From: an uncultured delta proteobacterium
GTDB taxonomy: Bacteria; Desulfobacterota; Binatia; UBA9968
DNA: 64,000 bases
Direction: 5' to 3'
NCBI GenBank assembly: GCA_963728565.1
Contig: CAVSLC010000006.1
Span: 56,940-120,939, forward strand
In this document: positions 1 through 9,216 of the stretch, piece after piece
Layout: each line of letters opens with the position of its first letter
Numbering within the stretch: position 1 is the first letter of the stretch
The notes under the pieces: model-generated
Seen by the model: only the letters and a program-made list of their open reading frames with translations
What the model was told of the DNA's origin: nothing
Database searches by the model: none
Program-made: the position numbers and the translations under genes

Positions 1-588
1 CTGGACTCTATCGTGTCGTGGCTTGGTTATTTTCCACACCATTACTGGCATGCGGGCGAGGAGCCCGGTCGCGCCGGCATGCGCCACCATTATGTGACGC
101 CGTACGGGCCGTACCTTGCGGCCGATGGCGAGTATGTGAATCTCGCGGTCGCCAGTCCAGCGGATTGGGAACAGTTTTGCCGGGTGGTGATCGAAAGGCC
201 GGACCTGCTAAAAGATTCGCGCTTTAGAACCGTCCAGGATCGACGAAAGAACCGAGGCGCGCTGGAAGAAATCATTGAAGCGATTTTCCTCGAGCGCGAT
301 CACAAGCATTGGCTGGCCCAGCTCAAGCAAGCCGAGATGCCGCACGGCATCGTCCGCGGCATTGCTCAGGTGCTGGCGCATCCGCAAGTAGCGGCGCGAA
401 AACTGATCCGTGAAGCGGATTCGCCGGTGGGGAAAGTTCCAGTGATCGCCAACGCGCTCAAGATGTCCGATAGCCCTGCGCGCTACGACCGCATTCCCGA
501 TTTGGGCGAAGACAATGACGCAATCCTGCAAGAGCTTGGATACGATCCGGCGGCGGTGGCGGAGTTGCGACGCGATAAGGTGATTTAA
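1..588 (+). CDS. Class III CoA-transferase (CaiB/BaiF family), 5'-truncated by the window edge
   Basis: ORF 13..588 with the typical C-terminal motifs PYGPYLAADGEYVNLAV, RPDL..D.RF, HPQV and P.LGEDNDAILQELGY. Confidence 0.9.
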   Translation: MDSIVSWLGYFPHHYWHAGEEPGRAGMRHHYVTPYGPYLAADGEYVNLAVASPADWEQFCRVVIERPDLLKDSRFRTVQDRRKNRGALEEIIEAIFLERDHKHWLAQLKQAEMPHGIVRGIAQVLAHPQVAARKLIREADSPVGKVPVIANALKMSDSPARYDRIPDLGEDNDAILQELGYDPAAVAELRRDKVI

Positions 589-594
589 TAATTG

Positions 595-728
595 TTCACC
601 ACGAAGGACACGAAGCTCACGAAGTAAGATATAGCGCCGATGAAAGATGTCATGTTTGTTTTGCGTCGAATCTTCTTCGAGCTGATTTAGTGAGTTACCT
701 TCGTGTTCTTCGCGTGCTTCGTGGTGAA
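595..728. repeat. Intergenic inverted-repeat element built from CACGAAG units at about 9-bp spacing
   Basis: Left arm TTCACCACGAAGGACACGAAGCTCACGAAG (595-624); right arm CTTCGTGTTCTTCGCGTGCTTCGTGGTGAA (699-728) is its near reverse complement. Confidence 0.8.
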
Positions 729-744
729 ATCTTCAAGGTGAGTC

Positions 745-1314
745 ATGACGAAACGTATCATCGGGGTGATGGGCGCTTCGGAAAGCGACGCGCTCACGGA
801 TGCCGAAAAAGCCCGCCTCAAACAACTCGCAGAAAAACTCGGCGGCGCCATCGCCAAGCACGATTGTATTTTGATTTCCGGAGCTACCACGGGCCTGCCG
901 GATCTGATCTCGAGATCCGCGCGTGAACACGGCGGGTTTGCTGTCGGCATTTCTCCCGCCGAAAATCGCCGCGAGCATATCGAGCGCTATAAGATGCCGC
1001 CCGATGCGGCGGATGTGATTATCTATACCGGCTTTGGCCTTAAAGGCCGCAACGTCATCAACGTGCGCTCGGCGGATATCGTCATCATCTTCGGCGGTGC
1101 GACGGGCACCTTGAATGAGTTCACCATCGCTTACGACGAGGGAAAAGTCATCGGCGTGCTCGAGGGTAGCGGCGGTTGCGCCGATCACATCAGGGAGATT
1201 ATCGAATTCTGCAAAAAGCCGACTCGGGGCCTGGTCGTTTACCATACCGACCCCGAGGCGCTCATCGAGAGCTGCTTAAACTCAGTGCAATGTGATGACG
1301 GAAGAACAAGCTGA
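745..1314 (+). CDS. LOG/TIGR00725-like Rossmann-fold nucleotide-binding protein
   Basis: IGVMGAS, LISGATTGLP, VGISP, YTGFGLKGRNVINVRSAD and GGATGTLNEF motifs. Confidence 0.8.
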   Translation: MTKRIIGVMGASESDALTDAEKARLKQLAEKLGGAIAKHDCILISGATTGLPDLISRSAREHGGFAVGISPAENRREHIERYKMPPDAADVIIYTGFGLKGRNVINVRSADIVIIFGGATGTLNEFTIAYDEGKVIGVLEGSGGCADHIREIIEFCKKPTRGLVVYHTDPEALIESCLNSVQCDDGRTS

Positions 1315-1544
1315 CAGTCTCATCAAGGACGTCTTCGGCTTTGGGCTCATAGCGCGGTAAACGCCCCATCCCTCAGGCAACAGTCGCGGTCACCTTCCGC
1401 CGATCTACCTAAACAGGCCTGCATCCTCAGGCAAACGCAGATACGACGTCTTGACCTTCCGCAGCCTGAATCTGCGCGCACAACGTTGACACTTCCGGAT
1501 GTGGCATGAAATACTCGCCGCGAACTATGGCATGGAGGATCAGC

Positions 1545-2168
1545 ATGGAAGAGCGAACGAAAATAGAGTTGGATTCGGACTCGGCCGCATTAGTGATCGT
1601 CGACATGCAAGTCGAAGGCTGCGAACGGCATGGCCCGGGTGTAAAACCGGTGATCGGCAATATCCGCCGCTTGCTCGATCGCTTTCGCTCGCTCAATGGG
1701 AAAATTATTCATGTGCAATCAGTCAGGACTAAGGATCATCCCGAGTTCACCGTTTTCGGGCGGCCTTATGGATTGTTGATCGGCAGCCCGGGAGCTGATT
1801 TCGTCGAAGAGCTTGAACCATTACCGGGAGAAAATGTCGTTCAAAAAACTTCACACGATTGTTTTTATAAAACGACAATGGAAACGGTTCTCCAGAAACT
1901 CGATCTGCAATCTTGCCGCGATAAAATCGTCGTCACTGGCATTGGCTCGAGCAACTGCGTTTACCACGCGGTTATCGGGTTTCACATTAGAAACTTTTAC
2001 ACGGTCGTGCCGGAAGATTGTATCCACGGTGTTCATCCGCAGTCTCAGCCGTTTGCGCTGCACCAGTTCCGATCCAATGCCTATAATTTCAATGTAACCG
2101 TGGCGCGATCCGAGGATCTCACATTTACCTCCAACACAGTCGTTCGGCAGCGCGCTTCCGGCACATGA
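1545..2168 (+). CDS. Isochorismatase-like cysteine hydrolase
   Basis: ALVIVDMQ (Asp), VVQKTSHDCF (Lys) and TGIGSSNCV (Cys) triad; GGAGG RBS before ATG 1545. Confidence 0.85.
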   Translation: MEERTKIELDSDSAALVIVDMQVEGCERHGPGVKPVIGNIRRLLDRFRSLNGKIIHVQSVRTKDHPEFTVFGRPYGLLIGSPGADFVEELEPLPGENVVQKTSHDCFYKTTMETVLQKLDLQSCRDKIVVTGIGSSNCVYHAVIGFHIRNFYTVVPEDCIHGVHPQSQPFALHQFRSNAYNFNVTVARSEDLTFTSNTVVRQRASGT

Positions 2169-3172
2169 GCTTTGCGGGTTTCATCAGGCAATTAAGCTTA
2201 AACATCGCACTGGTTTTTGTTTGCCTCGGCTGCGCCGCTGTTCCTTCATTTGCTCAAACACTTAAAGTTCCTTTCGCCGCGCTCTCTCCAAATTACGCGC
2301 CGCTCTGGATTGCAGATCAAGCAGGCTTCTTCAAGAAACAAGGCCTCGATGTTCAACTCATCTACATCTCGGCAGGCTCAGTGATTATTCCGGCGATTCT
2401 TTCCGGTCAAGTTGAGATCGCCAATATGAGCTCGGCGCCTGCGCTGACAGCGTGGGCGCGCGGTGCGGAGCTCACCGCGGTCGGGGTGGCATCCAATCGT
2501 TTGCTGCACGTCGTGATGACGCGCGGCTCGATTAAAAAAGCTGAGGAGTTGAAAGGAAAGAAAATCGGCAGTGATCGATACGGCTCATTCTCCGATTTGG
2601 TCTTACGAGAGGCTTTGAGGCACTACAACCTTGCGCCGGATCGTGACGTAGCCGTAATTCAAACCGGCGGCTTACCCGAACGGCTCGGGGCGCTCAAGAT
2701 CGGCGCTGTCGACGGCGCCATCGTCACAGGCGACACCGCGTTCGAAGCGGAGAAGCTGGGCTTTCACAAATTGATCGATCTCAGTCAACTGCCGATCCAA
2801 TACCCCGGCAGTACGATAATCGTGAATAAATCGTTCTTATCGGCTAAAAGAGACGTGGTGAAAAGATTTCTGCGGGGCTGGGTTGAAGGGATCAAAACGG
2901 CAAAGACCGATAAGGAATTGACCGTCAGAGTCATGCAAAAATTTCTCAAGACATCAGATAGAGCCATCCTCGACAAAACCTTCGAAGTCTACAAACCGAC
3001 TCACGAGCGAGTTCCGGCGCCCGATCCCAAAGTAATGGGCGTCGCTGTCAAGCAATTGGCCGCAACTGTGCCGCAAGCCGCTCATTTAAAGGCCGACGAC
3101 TTCATCGATCGAAGTCTGATCCTGGAATTGGAACAGGAAGGGTTTATTTCCAGAGTTTACGAAGGTCGTTGA
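2165..3172 (+). CDS. SsuA/THI5(NMT1)-like solute-binding protein
   Basis: Signal peptide, PLWIA...GFFKKQGLDV, ELKGKKIG, C-terminal DFIDRSLILELEQEGF; ATGA overlap with the upstream gene. Confidence 0.85.
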   Translation: MSFAGFIRQLSLNIALVFVCLGCAAVPSFAQTLKVPFAALSPNYAPLWIADQAGFFKKQGLDVQLIYISAGSVIIPAILSGQVEIANMSSAPALTAWARGAELTAVGVASNRLLHVVMTRGSIKKAEELKGKKIGSDRYGSFSDLVLREALRHYNLAPDRDVAVIQTGGLPERLGALKIGAVDGAIVTGDTAFEAEKLGFHKLIDLSQLPIQYPGSTIIVNKSFLSAKRDVVKRFLRGWVEGIKTAKTDKELTVRVMQKFLKTSDRAILDKTFEVYKPTHERVPAPDPKVMGVAVKQLAATVPQAAHLKADDFIDRSLILELEQEGFISRVYEGR

Positions 3173-3301
3173 AGATTACACCGAACTCTGTCCTGAGGAT
3201 TCGCTATAAGAGATTCGGCGAGCTTCGTCCGGGACAGAGTCAATCTGGCGATCTCCTGCCTGTCCAACAATTTACCATCGCGGAGATTCAAATCCGTCGA
3301 A

Positions 3302-4183
3302 TCAGAGCTTGGCGGATCTTTCGACGAACGCTTTGACGATTCCATTGAATGTTTCCGGTTGTTCCCGGTAGCAGAAGTGGCCGGCCTCGTTGATGATGTG
3401 CATTTCGGATTTGGGATTGCTGTCGGCGATGATTTCGAAGAGCGCATGGCCGCGTTTGAGCTCGGCGGTCGGATCGTTGTAGCCCCAGACTAATAGGGTT
3501 GGCTGCGTTAGCTTGCCGTGCATGATCCAGTTGAGAGTCTCTTCTTTGTGCAAAGCCAGGTGGGTGAAGAACTGGGTTCTTTTAAGCCCCTCGTCCTCCA
3601 TCTTTCTGACGGTTGCCTGGTATTTTTCCGATTTGGCGATGTCTTCGCAAGTATCCAGCCAGTTCTGCGTGATGTGATTGGCCCTGAACGAATAATGCTC
3701 GATGCACCAGCGCTGGCTTTCGCGGCTGAGGCGCGGCTTGGGCGCGTTGGCCATAATGAATTCCGTCTTGGAGGGCCCGGGCGCAAGCGTGCCGCTGTCG
3801 ACAATCACACAAGAGCGAACCAGTTCCGGATGATCCAGTGTCAGCCGCGTAACGACGTAGCCGCCGCGCGAGTGGCCGATGACGTGAACATTCTTCACCC
3901 CGAGCGCCTGTAACAGACCCGCCGCGTGTTTGACCGTGGCCGCCATGGTGTAGTCGGCGTCGGATTTCGGATTGCCGGTATAGCCTTGGCCGAGCTTGTC
4001 CATGGCAATGACGCGAAACCCCTGGGCGAGAACGTCGAAATTAAACTCCCAGTCGATGGCGCTTTCGCATGCGTCGGGTGTTCCCATGTGGCTGCCGTGC
4101 ACCAGTAGCAGCACTTCTCCGCTGCCCTTGTCGAAATAGCGCGTCCTGATTCCATCAACGTCAACAAACTTGGGGTCGGTCAT
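3302..4183 (-). CDS. Alpha/beta hydrolase (meta-cleavage-product hydrolase-like)
   Basis: LLVHG, GHSRGG nucleophile elbow, LVWGYNDP (Asp), AGHF (His). Confidence 0.85.
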   Translation of the reverse strand: MTDPKFVDVDGIRTRYFDKGSGEVLLLVHGSHMGTPDACESAIDWEFNFDVLAQGFRVIAMDKLGQGYTGNPKSDADYTMAATVKHAAGLLQALGVKNVHVIGHSRGGYVVTRLTLDHPELVRSCVIVDSGTLAPGPSKTEFIMANAPKPRLSRESQRWCIEHYSFRANHITQNWLDTCEDIAKSEKYQATVRKMEDEGLKRTQFFTHLALHKEETLNWIMHGKLTQPTLLVWGYNDPTAELKRGHALFEIIADSNPKSEMHIINEAGHFCYREQPETFNGIVKAFVERSAKL

Positions 4184-4260
4184 CAAAACGTCCTTTCTCC
4201 GTAAGGTCACGGCACTTGTCCGGACACGAACACGGTATTTTCCCCCAGACGCTCACGGCG

Positions 4261-5280
4261 TTATTTTTTCAGCGACTCGGCGAGCTCACGTAAATATTCT
4301 TCCTGTTCCTTGGCCTGGTACAAAGCCAGCGAGCCATCTTTTAACGGTATGCCGCCAATAAAATGAAAAGCGTGGGCGTCCCAATCGTAAAACTCGTCGC
4401 CCCGTTCACAAATCTCTTTCCACTTGAGTCCCACCGGACTTCGGTGCAAGCCCGTGCGCGCCGGAAGCGCCTCTTGCTGCTCGATGGACAGATTCGCATT
4501 TGCTTTGTCGGTCTCTTCTTCCGGGAGTCCGTCCCACATGCGCCGGTAGTTGGGAAAGAACTCCTCTTCTCGCACAGTCAGCGCGGTGTGCATGTCCCAC
4601 CATGGGCCGTGTCCGGCGACGCGCTCGTCCACCTTATCTACCAGCTTGTAAATCAGCCGGGCGCCCGCGCGTAAACGAAGCACCAGCGTTCCCTCGGCGG
4701 TTTTGGAATTCTGTTCAGCTTGTACGCCGCAATATTTTTCAAAAAAAGCTGCGGTTTTGGCCAGGTCGCGGCAACCATAGACAGCATGACTGATGCGCCC
4801 GACTTTTTCGTCGGTGGCGATTTCCATGGCGCCTTCGGGCATATGCACGGGCGCCCAGAACTCATATTGATTGCCGTCCGGGTCGGCGAAGTAGATGGCC
4901 GTGCCTTCGTCTCCTTCGGCGGTTGTCTTCACCGGGTCGGTGTGCGGAATTTTGTAGCGATCGAGCCGGCGCAGGTGCCCGGGGATATCTTCCGGACGGA
5001 TGTAAAAGCCGCAACGCGGCAGCTCTTGGCCAAGTTCTTTTGCCGGCGGATAGATCTCGGGCTGGAGAAACCCGCCGATGCGGCACGATCCGCCCTCCCA
5101 CCAGAGGAAGCAGATGATCTTCATATTCTTTTTCCGCGCCGCCGTGGTCAGCCCCCTGATCGGTCTTCGCGTCAGCCCGATGCCGTTCACCGCCCAGTCA
5201 GTCCAGGCGACCATATCGTTGGTGCCGACGACAAAATGATCGATCCAGTGAGCCGCGCCTTTGGGTTCGAGGTTGTCCAT
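4261..5280 (-). CDS. Two-domain VOC/glyoxalase-superfamily protein
   Basis: WIDHFVV, YFADPDGNQYEFW, RISHAVYG and EFYDWDAHAFHF; GGAG RBS before ATG 5280. Confidence 0.75.
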   Translation of the reverse strand: MDNLEPKGAAHWIDHFVVGTNDMVAWTDWAVNGIGLTRRPIRGLTTAARKKNMKIICFLWWEGGSCRIGGFLQPEIYPPAKELGQELPRCGFYIRPEDIPGHLRRLDRYKIPHTDPVKTTAEGDEGTAIYFADPDGNQYEFWAPVHMPEGAMEIATDEKVGRISHAVYGCRDLAKTAAFFEKYCGVQAEQNSKTAEGTLVLRLRAGARLIYKLVDKVDERVAGHGPWWDMHTALTVREEEFFPNYRRMWDGLPEEETDKANANLSIEQQEALPARTGLHRSPVGLKWKEICERGDEFYDWDAHAFHFIGGIPLKDGSLALYQAKEQEEYLRELAESLKK

Positions 5281-5697
5281 CGTAAATCTCCTGATCACTT
5301 TTAGAAGGTTCCACCGACTTCAAAATTCCATTCTTGAAGAGATGTTCAGCCCATTGGTATTCATCGTCTAAGCCATCTTCGTCGCCCCCGGCAGCGGCGG
5401 GGAAAAAAGAGGTCAGGGTCTCAACGTCCTGAGATCCACGACCAATCACGTACCTCGCGACCGTACGAAAAGGGGAAAATTCTGTCAAGGCGCGATAATT
5501 CCGTTTCACGTATTGATGTGACTGGGATATAGGCCGTTCGGTGAAGGTTTCGGAGTCGGCGATCAGATGCAAATGCACGAAGCTTGCACGGATCTCAAGC
5601 TACGTGCGGTTTAGCCTCGGATGAAACCAACGTAAGAAGTACTCGCGGCCACTCTAGGAATGTTCTTTTGACATCGCCGTCTTCTTACAAACGGTTA

Positions 5698-6033
5698 CTA
5701 CCGAGCGGATCCCGGGGAAAAGTATTCAACCCGGCTCACCGCAACGTCCGAGACGAACATCACTCCCGTATAGCGGTCGAACAGAGGTTTCAAGCCGGCC
5801 AAAATCGGCTCGACTTTCTCAGGCACGACCACTGACATCAACATGATGATGCTGTCCATCTCGTTGAACATCGGATGGGCCGTGTGAAAACCGTGGTGCC
5901 CTTTTCCGGAAATGTTGTGGATGATGGTATACCCAGTGGCCTTGTTGTCGAGCAAGTCGGTTGCGAATTTTAAGTGCTCTCCCTGGATGATAATCCTGAT
6001 TTCCTTCATCGGATGAAGCGTGAGATTGCTCAT
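5698..6033 (-). CDS. PII-like protein (SbtB/CPII-like) at the end of the dab operon
   Basis: 111 aa, MKEIRIII...GYTIIHNISGKGHHG...GVMFVSDVAVSR PII fold; directly downstream of dabA with an AGGAG RBS. Confidence 0.85.
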   Translation of the reverse strand: MSNLTLHPMKEIRIIIQGEHLKFATDLLDNKATGYTIIHNISGKGHHGFHTAHPMFNEMDSIIMLMSVVVPEKVEPILAGLKPLFDRYTGVMFVSDVAVSRVEYFSPGSAR

Positions 6034-6045
6034 GCTGATCTCCTT

Positions 6046-9000
6046 TCAAACGAATCTCTGGGCACGAGATGAACAGTTTGGGTTCACAGCCTGCCATCCT
6101 TCTTTGGGAACGTACCGGTAAGCTAGCTGCTCTTCAGGCTCGATGGCGATGAGATATAGCCATTGGTTATCGTACAGTCGCTTCAAATGGCGTTGGTTGC
6201 GGATGATTTTATCGATTCTTTCCCTGGGCGCCTCCACCAGGATCACGAGCCGCATCGGCTCATGATAGGGCCGCATTCCATTCATGACCGTCTGCCAGGC
6301 CAGGCCGGTGCGCAGATCGCTCTGGGGACCGGACATAATCCCAAAGCGGCCGACTACGTTGTGGTAGATTTTGCTGCCGCTACCGTAGCCCTCCGGGTCC
6401 ACTGCGGAAAAGTAATGCTCCATGTTGATCCATTGTCCGACGATCTGCGGTCCGGTCATCACGACCTCGAGCAAGCGGCCGTCCGGATCTTCATGGTAAT
6501 CGTAAGAATGCAGAAAGGCTCGGGCGTCAAGATTGATGCCGCGGGTCAAAGCGCGGCGCCCAATGATAAATGCGGCATTGCCGGATAGCCCCCATTCGGG
6601 CCGAACCTGGCTCCAGTCAGCGCTTCGGCGGTGCACCGCGCGCCAGGCTTTGGAAGCGCCCGGGCTTACCTTGATCTCGGGAAACCGAGCGCATCGCTCT
6701 TGGCGGTTGCGCGATCCCGCCGATTCAAGATCGCGGACTAGTTGGAGCAGATCCTTGCGGTGAGTGGGGGGGAGGTCTTCCAGATCGAAGAGATCGATGT
6801 CATCGGTGGTGGTATTGTGTTGTCCGGCGACGAAGTAGGTGTCCTGCGGAATGGCAATGCCGTTCTTGGCGAGCTGCTCCCGCACCAGAGGTTTGTTCGC
6901 CATGATCGCCAGCACCCTCGCGTTGGGCTTGCCCGGGTTGCCGCCACAGGCGCCGCAATCGAGAGCCGCTTCGAAAGGGTTGTTCTCGGAGGTGCTGCCA
7001 TGGCCGCAGAAAAGCACGAGACGGGCGAAGTTCCGCGTCAGGCCCATCATTCTTAGCGCGGTTTCCACGGTGAAGACTTGCTCGCTGAGAGTGAACCCGG
7101 TCCGGGTGATACGCTCCATACGAGCGAATGACGCGCCCGGGTTGATGCCGTGGTTTCGCCTGAGATCTTCAACAAAGGCCGCTTCTTCTTCGCGGGAAAG
7201 CGCGGTGGAGCGCGCCTGCGGCGAGGGTTCCCCGGCGCTCTCTCCGTAGAGCGCCCGCCGACGCAGAAACTCCAAGCGTTCCAGCGATAGATTCAGATGG
7301 CGCTCGCCGAAATTTTCCTGCAGCGCGCGGCGGGTAATGGCGCGCTGTTCCGCCGCCAGCATTTCCTCTACCTCTTCGCGTGACAGTTTGTCTACAGTCA
7401 AAGTTGTCGCCACCGGCGGGACCAGCTTGCGCCGAAGCCAGCTCATGACGTTTCTGTACCAGGTTGGCGAAACGGTCTTGCCGACAAAGGGCAGGCTGTA
7501 AAACCAACCCAGCGACTCCACCATGACATACGGGGTGACGACATTTTCCTTAAGATCGTAGAGCAGGGTGTGTCCGGTTTCGAGAAGTTTTTCGCGGTGC
7601 CGGCGTCTGAATAGATACTGGCCTTGATAGGTGCGGGGAATCTCGCGGACCAGATTTTTGGTCTTCATGATTACCGGAAACTGATCGGTTTCATGATCGC
7701 TGCCGAGGCCCTGGTAGCGGATGAAGACGGCGAAAAAACCTGCGAAGCCGAAGGTCTCGTAATCGCCGATCGCTTCCAAGTGACGCCGAATCGACTCCGA
7801 ACGGACGTCGATGCAAAACACCGCCTGCGCTTGGTGTCGGACTTTTATTTCGTCCTGCAACTCGCCGTGTGCCGCGGCTGGCGCAGATGGGCTTCGCCCG
7901 GAAGCGACTTCACTCCCTGGATCGAGGTTAACGGGGAGCTTGCCCAGCAGTTCTTCCTGGTATCCCGCCTCGAACGCCTTGAGCCATATGGGCCCATGGT
8001 CCGCTTCAGGAAATCCATCGATCCACTCGAGCAGTGTCAGCAGGTTGCCGGGCTCGCTTTGCGTCAGAATGCTGGAATCATACCCCAGAGCTTGAGCGAG
8101 CGCCGACAACCGCCACGCCGCGACGACAGCCGCCGGGCTGTCCGCCTGTGCTTGGACGGGAGCTTTAGTAAATAAATTCTCGCGCCGCTGCATCTCAGTC
8201 GATATTGCGTCGATGTTGCCGTCGATGCCGAGGGCTTCACGACAGGCTTTTTGCACCAATTCACGTTCATACCAAACTCGCACCGCAAGATACTGCGCCA
8301 GATCGATCGGGTAGGCGAGCTGCCATTCATATTCACTTTGATCGGCGCGCCATTTGATGAAGCCCGCCCATCCCGATAGAGCCGCGAGGTGAAGCGAAAG
8401 ATAATCCTGCCGGGCATCGGCCGGAATGCCAAGGGTTGCTAGACTTTCGAGCAGCGCGTCTTCGGGCTGCTCCGGCAATCGGGCCAGCTTCTCGCGACTG
8501 TTTTCGATTGCTCCGGGAGACCATTCCTGTTGAGCGAGCAATCTCCAGGCGGCGTAGAAACCCTTCTCACGGCCCGGCATGGGCCAGGTGGCATGACCTT
8601 CGTCCAAAAACGCCTCGCACCATTTAACCAATTCACGATTGATTTGCTCGCCGATTTGTGTGCCCAGGGTGCGATCGCACCAGCTGCCCAGCATCAGAGT
8701 TCGACCGAGATCTCCCTGCTCTGCGCTCTCCCGCCAGCTCTGCGGCGGTTTCGCAGCCGATGTCAGATGACTTGCCAGCGATTTGATCGCGTTGCGCTCG
8801 GGATGGTGCTCGAGCAGAGTGGCGAAACTGTCATCAGGAGGAGGAGAAAGATCTTGCAGCATGCGGGCGCGAAGGACGGCCCCGAGAGTTACGTCATGAG
8901 CGCCTAATTGGACGTGCCGGTTTTCTGCGCGCGATTTTAGCGCGGCATCGAGTTGATCGGGCAGAATCCGACCCGTGCGGAAATAATCGCGAAAAACTTC

Positions 9001-9216
9001 AACGGACAGATACCCCTTGCCGTCGAGCAATCGCTGGGCCCGAGAAATGGCCTCTTCAAAATGGAGATACTCCATGCCGTGTAGCGGATTGTGGTGCACG
9101 AATGTGCGCATGGGCCAGTAATCGGCAATGACCTCGCTCGCCAGCAGGATCAACGCTCGGAGCTCACTCCGCTGGGATTCGCTGTACTGTGTTGCTGCCA
9201 TTTGCGTCACAGTCAT
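6046..9216 (-). CDS. dabA: DabA (DUF2309), beta-carbonic-anhydrase-like subunit of the DAB inorganic carbon pump
   Basis: WPMRTFVHHNPL; Zn-ligand motifs FCIDVRSE, CGHGS and LDCGACGG; DWSQVRPEWGL and HEPMRL; start at the ATGA overlap 9216 (alternative 9201). Confidence 0.93.
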   Translation of the reverse strand: MTVTQMAATQYSESQRSELRALILLASEVIADYWPMRTFVHHNPLHGMEYLHFEEAISRAQRLLDGKGYLSVEVFRDYFRTGRILPDQLDAALKSRAENRHVQLGAHDVTLGAVLRARMLQDLSPPPDDSFATLLEHHPERNAIKSLASHLTSAAKPPQSWRESAEQGDLGRTLMLGSWCDRTLGTQIGEQINRELVKWCEAFLDEGHATWPMPGREKGFYAAWRLLAQQEWSPGAIENSREKLARLPEQPEDALLESLATLGIPADARQDYLSLHLAALSGWAGFIKWRADQSEYEWQLAYPIDLAQYLAVRVWYERELVQKACREALGIDGNIDAISTEMQRRENLFTKAPVQAQADSPAAVVAAWRLSALAQALGYDSSILTQSEPGNLLTLLEWIDGFPEADHGPIWLKAFEAGYQEELLGKLPVNLDPGSEVASGRSPSAPAAAHGELQDEIKVRHQAQAVFCIDVRSESIRRHLEAIGDYETFGFAGFFAVFIRYQGLGSDHETDQFPVIMKTKNLVREIPRTYQGQYLFRRRHREKLLETGHTLLYDLKENVVTPYVMVESLGWFYSLPFVGKTVSPTWYRNVMSWLRRKLVPPVATTLTVDKLSREEVEEMLAAEQRAITRRALQENFGERHLNLSLERLEFLRRRALYGESAGEPSPQARSTALSREEEAAFVEDLRRNHGINPGASFARMERITRTGFTLSEQVFTVETALRMMGLTRNFARLVLFCGHGSTSENNPFEAALDCGACGGNPGKPNARVLAIMANKPLVREQLAKNGIAIPQDTYFVAGQHNTTTDDIDLFDLEDLPPTHRKDLLQLVRDLESAGSRNRQERCARFPEIKVSPGASKAWRAVHRRSADWSQVRPEWGLSGNAAFIIGRRALTRGINLDARAFLHSYDYHEDPDGRLLEVVMTGPQIVGQWINMEHYFSAVDPEGYGSGSKIYHNVVGRFGIMSGPQSDLRTGLAWQTVMNGMRPYHEPMRLVILVEAPRERIDKIIRNQRHLKRLYDNQWLYLIAIEPEEQLAYRYVPKEGWQAVNPNCSSRAQRFV

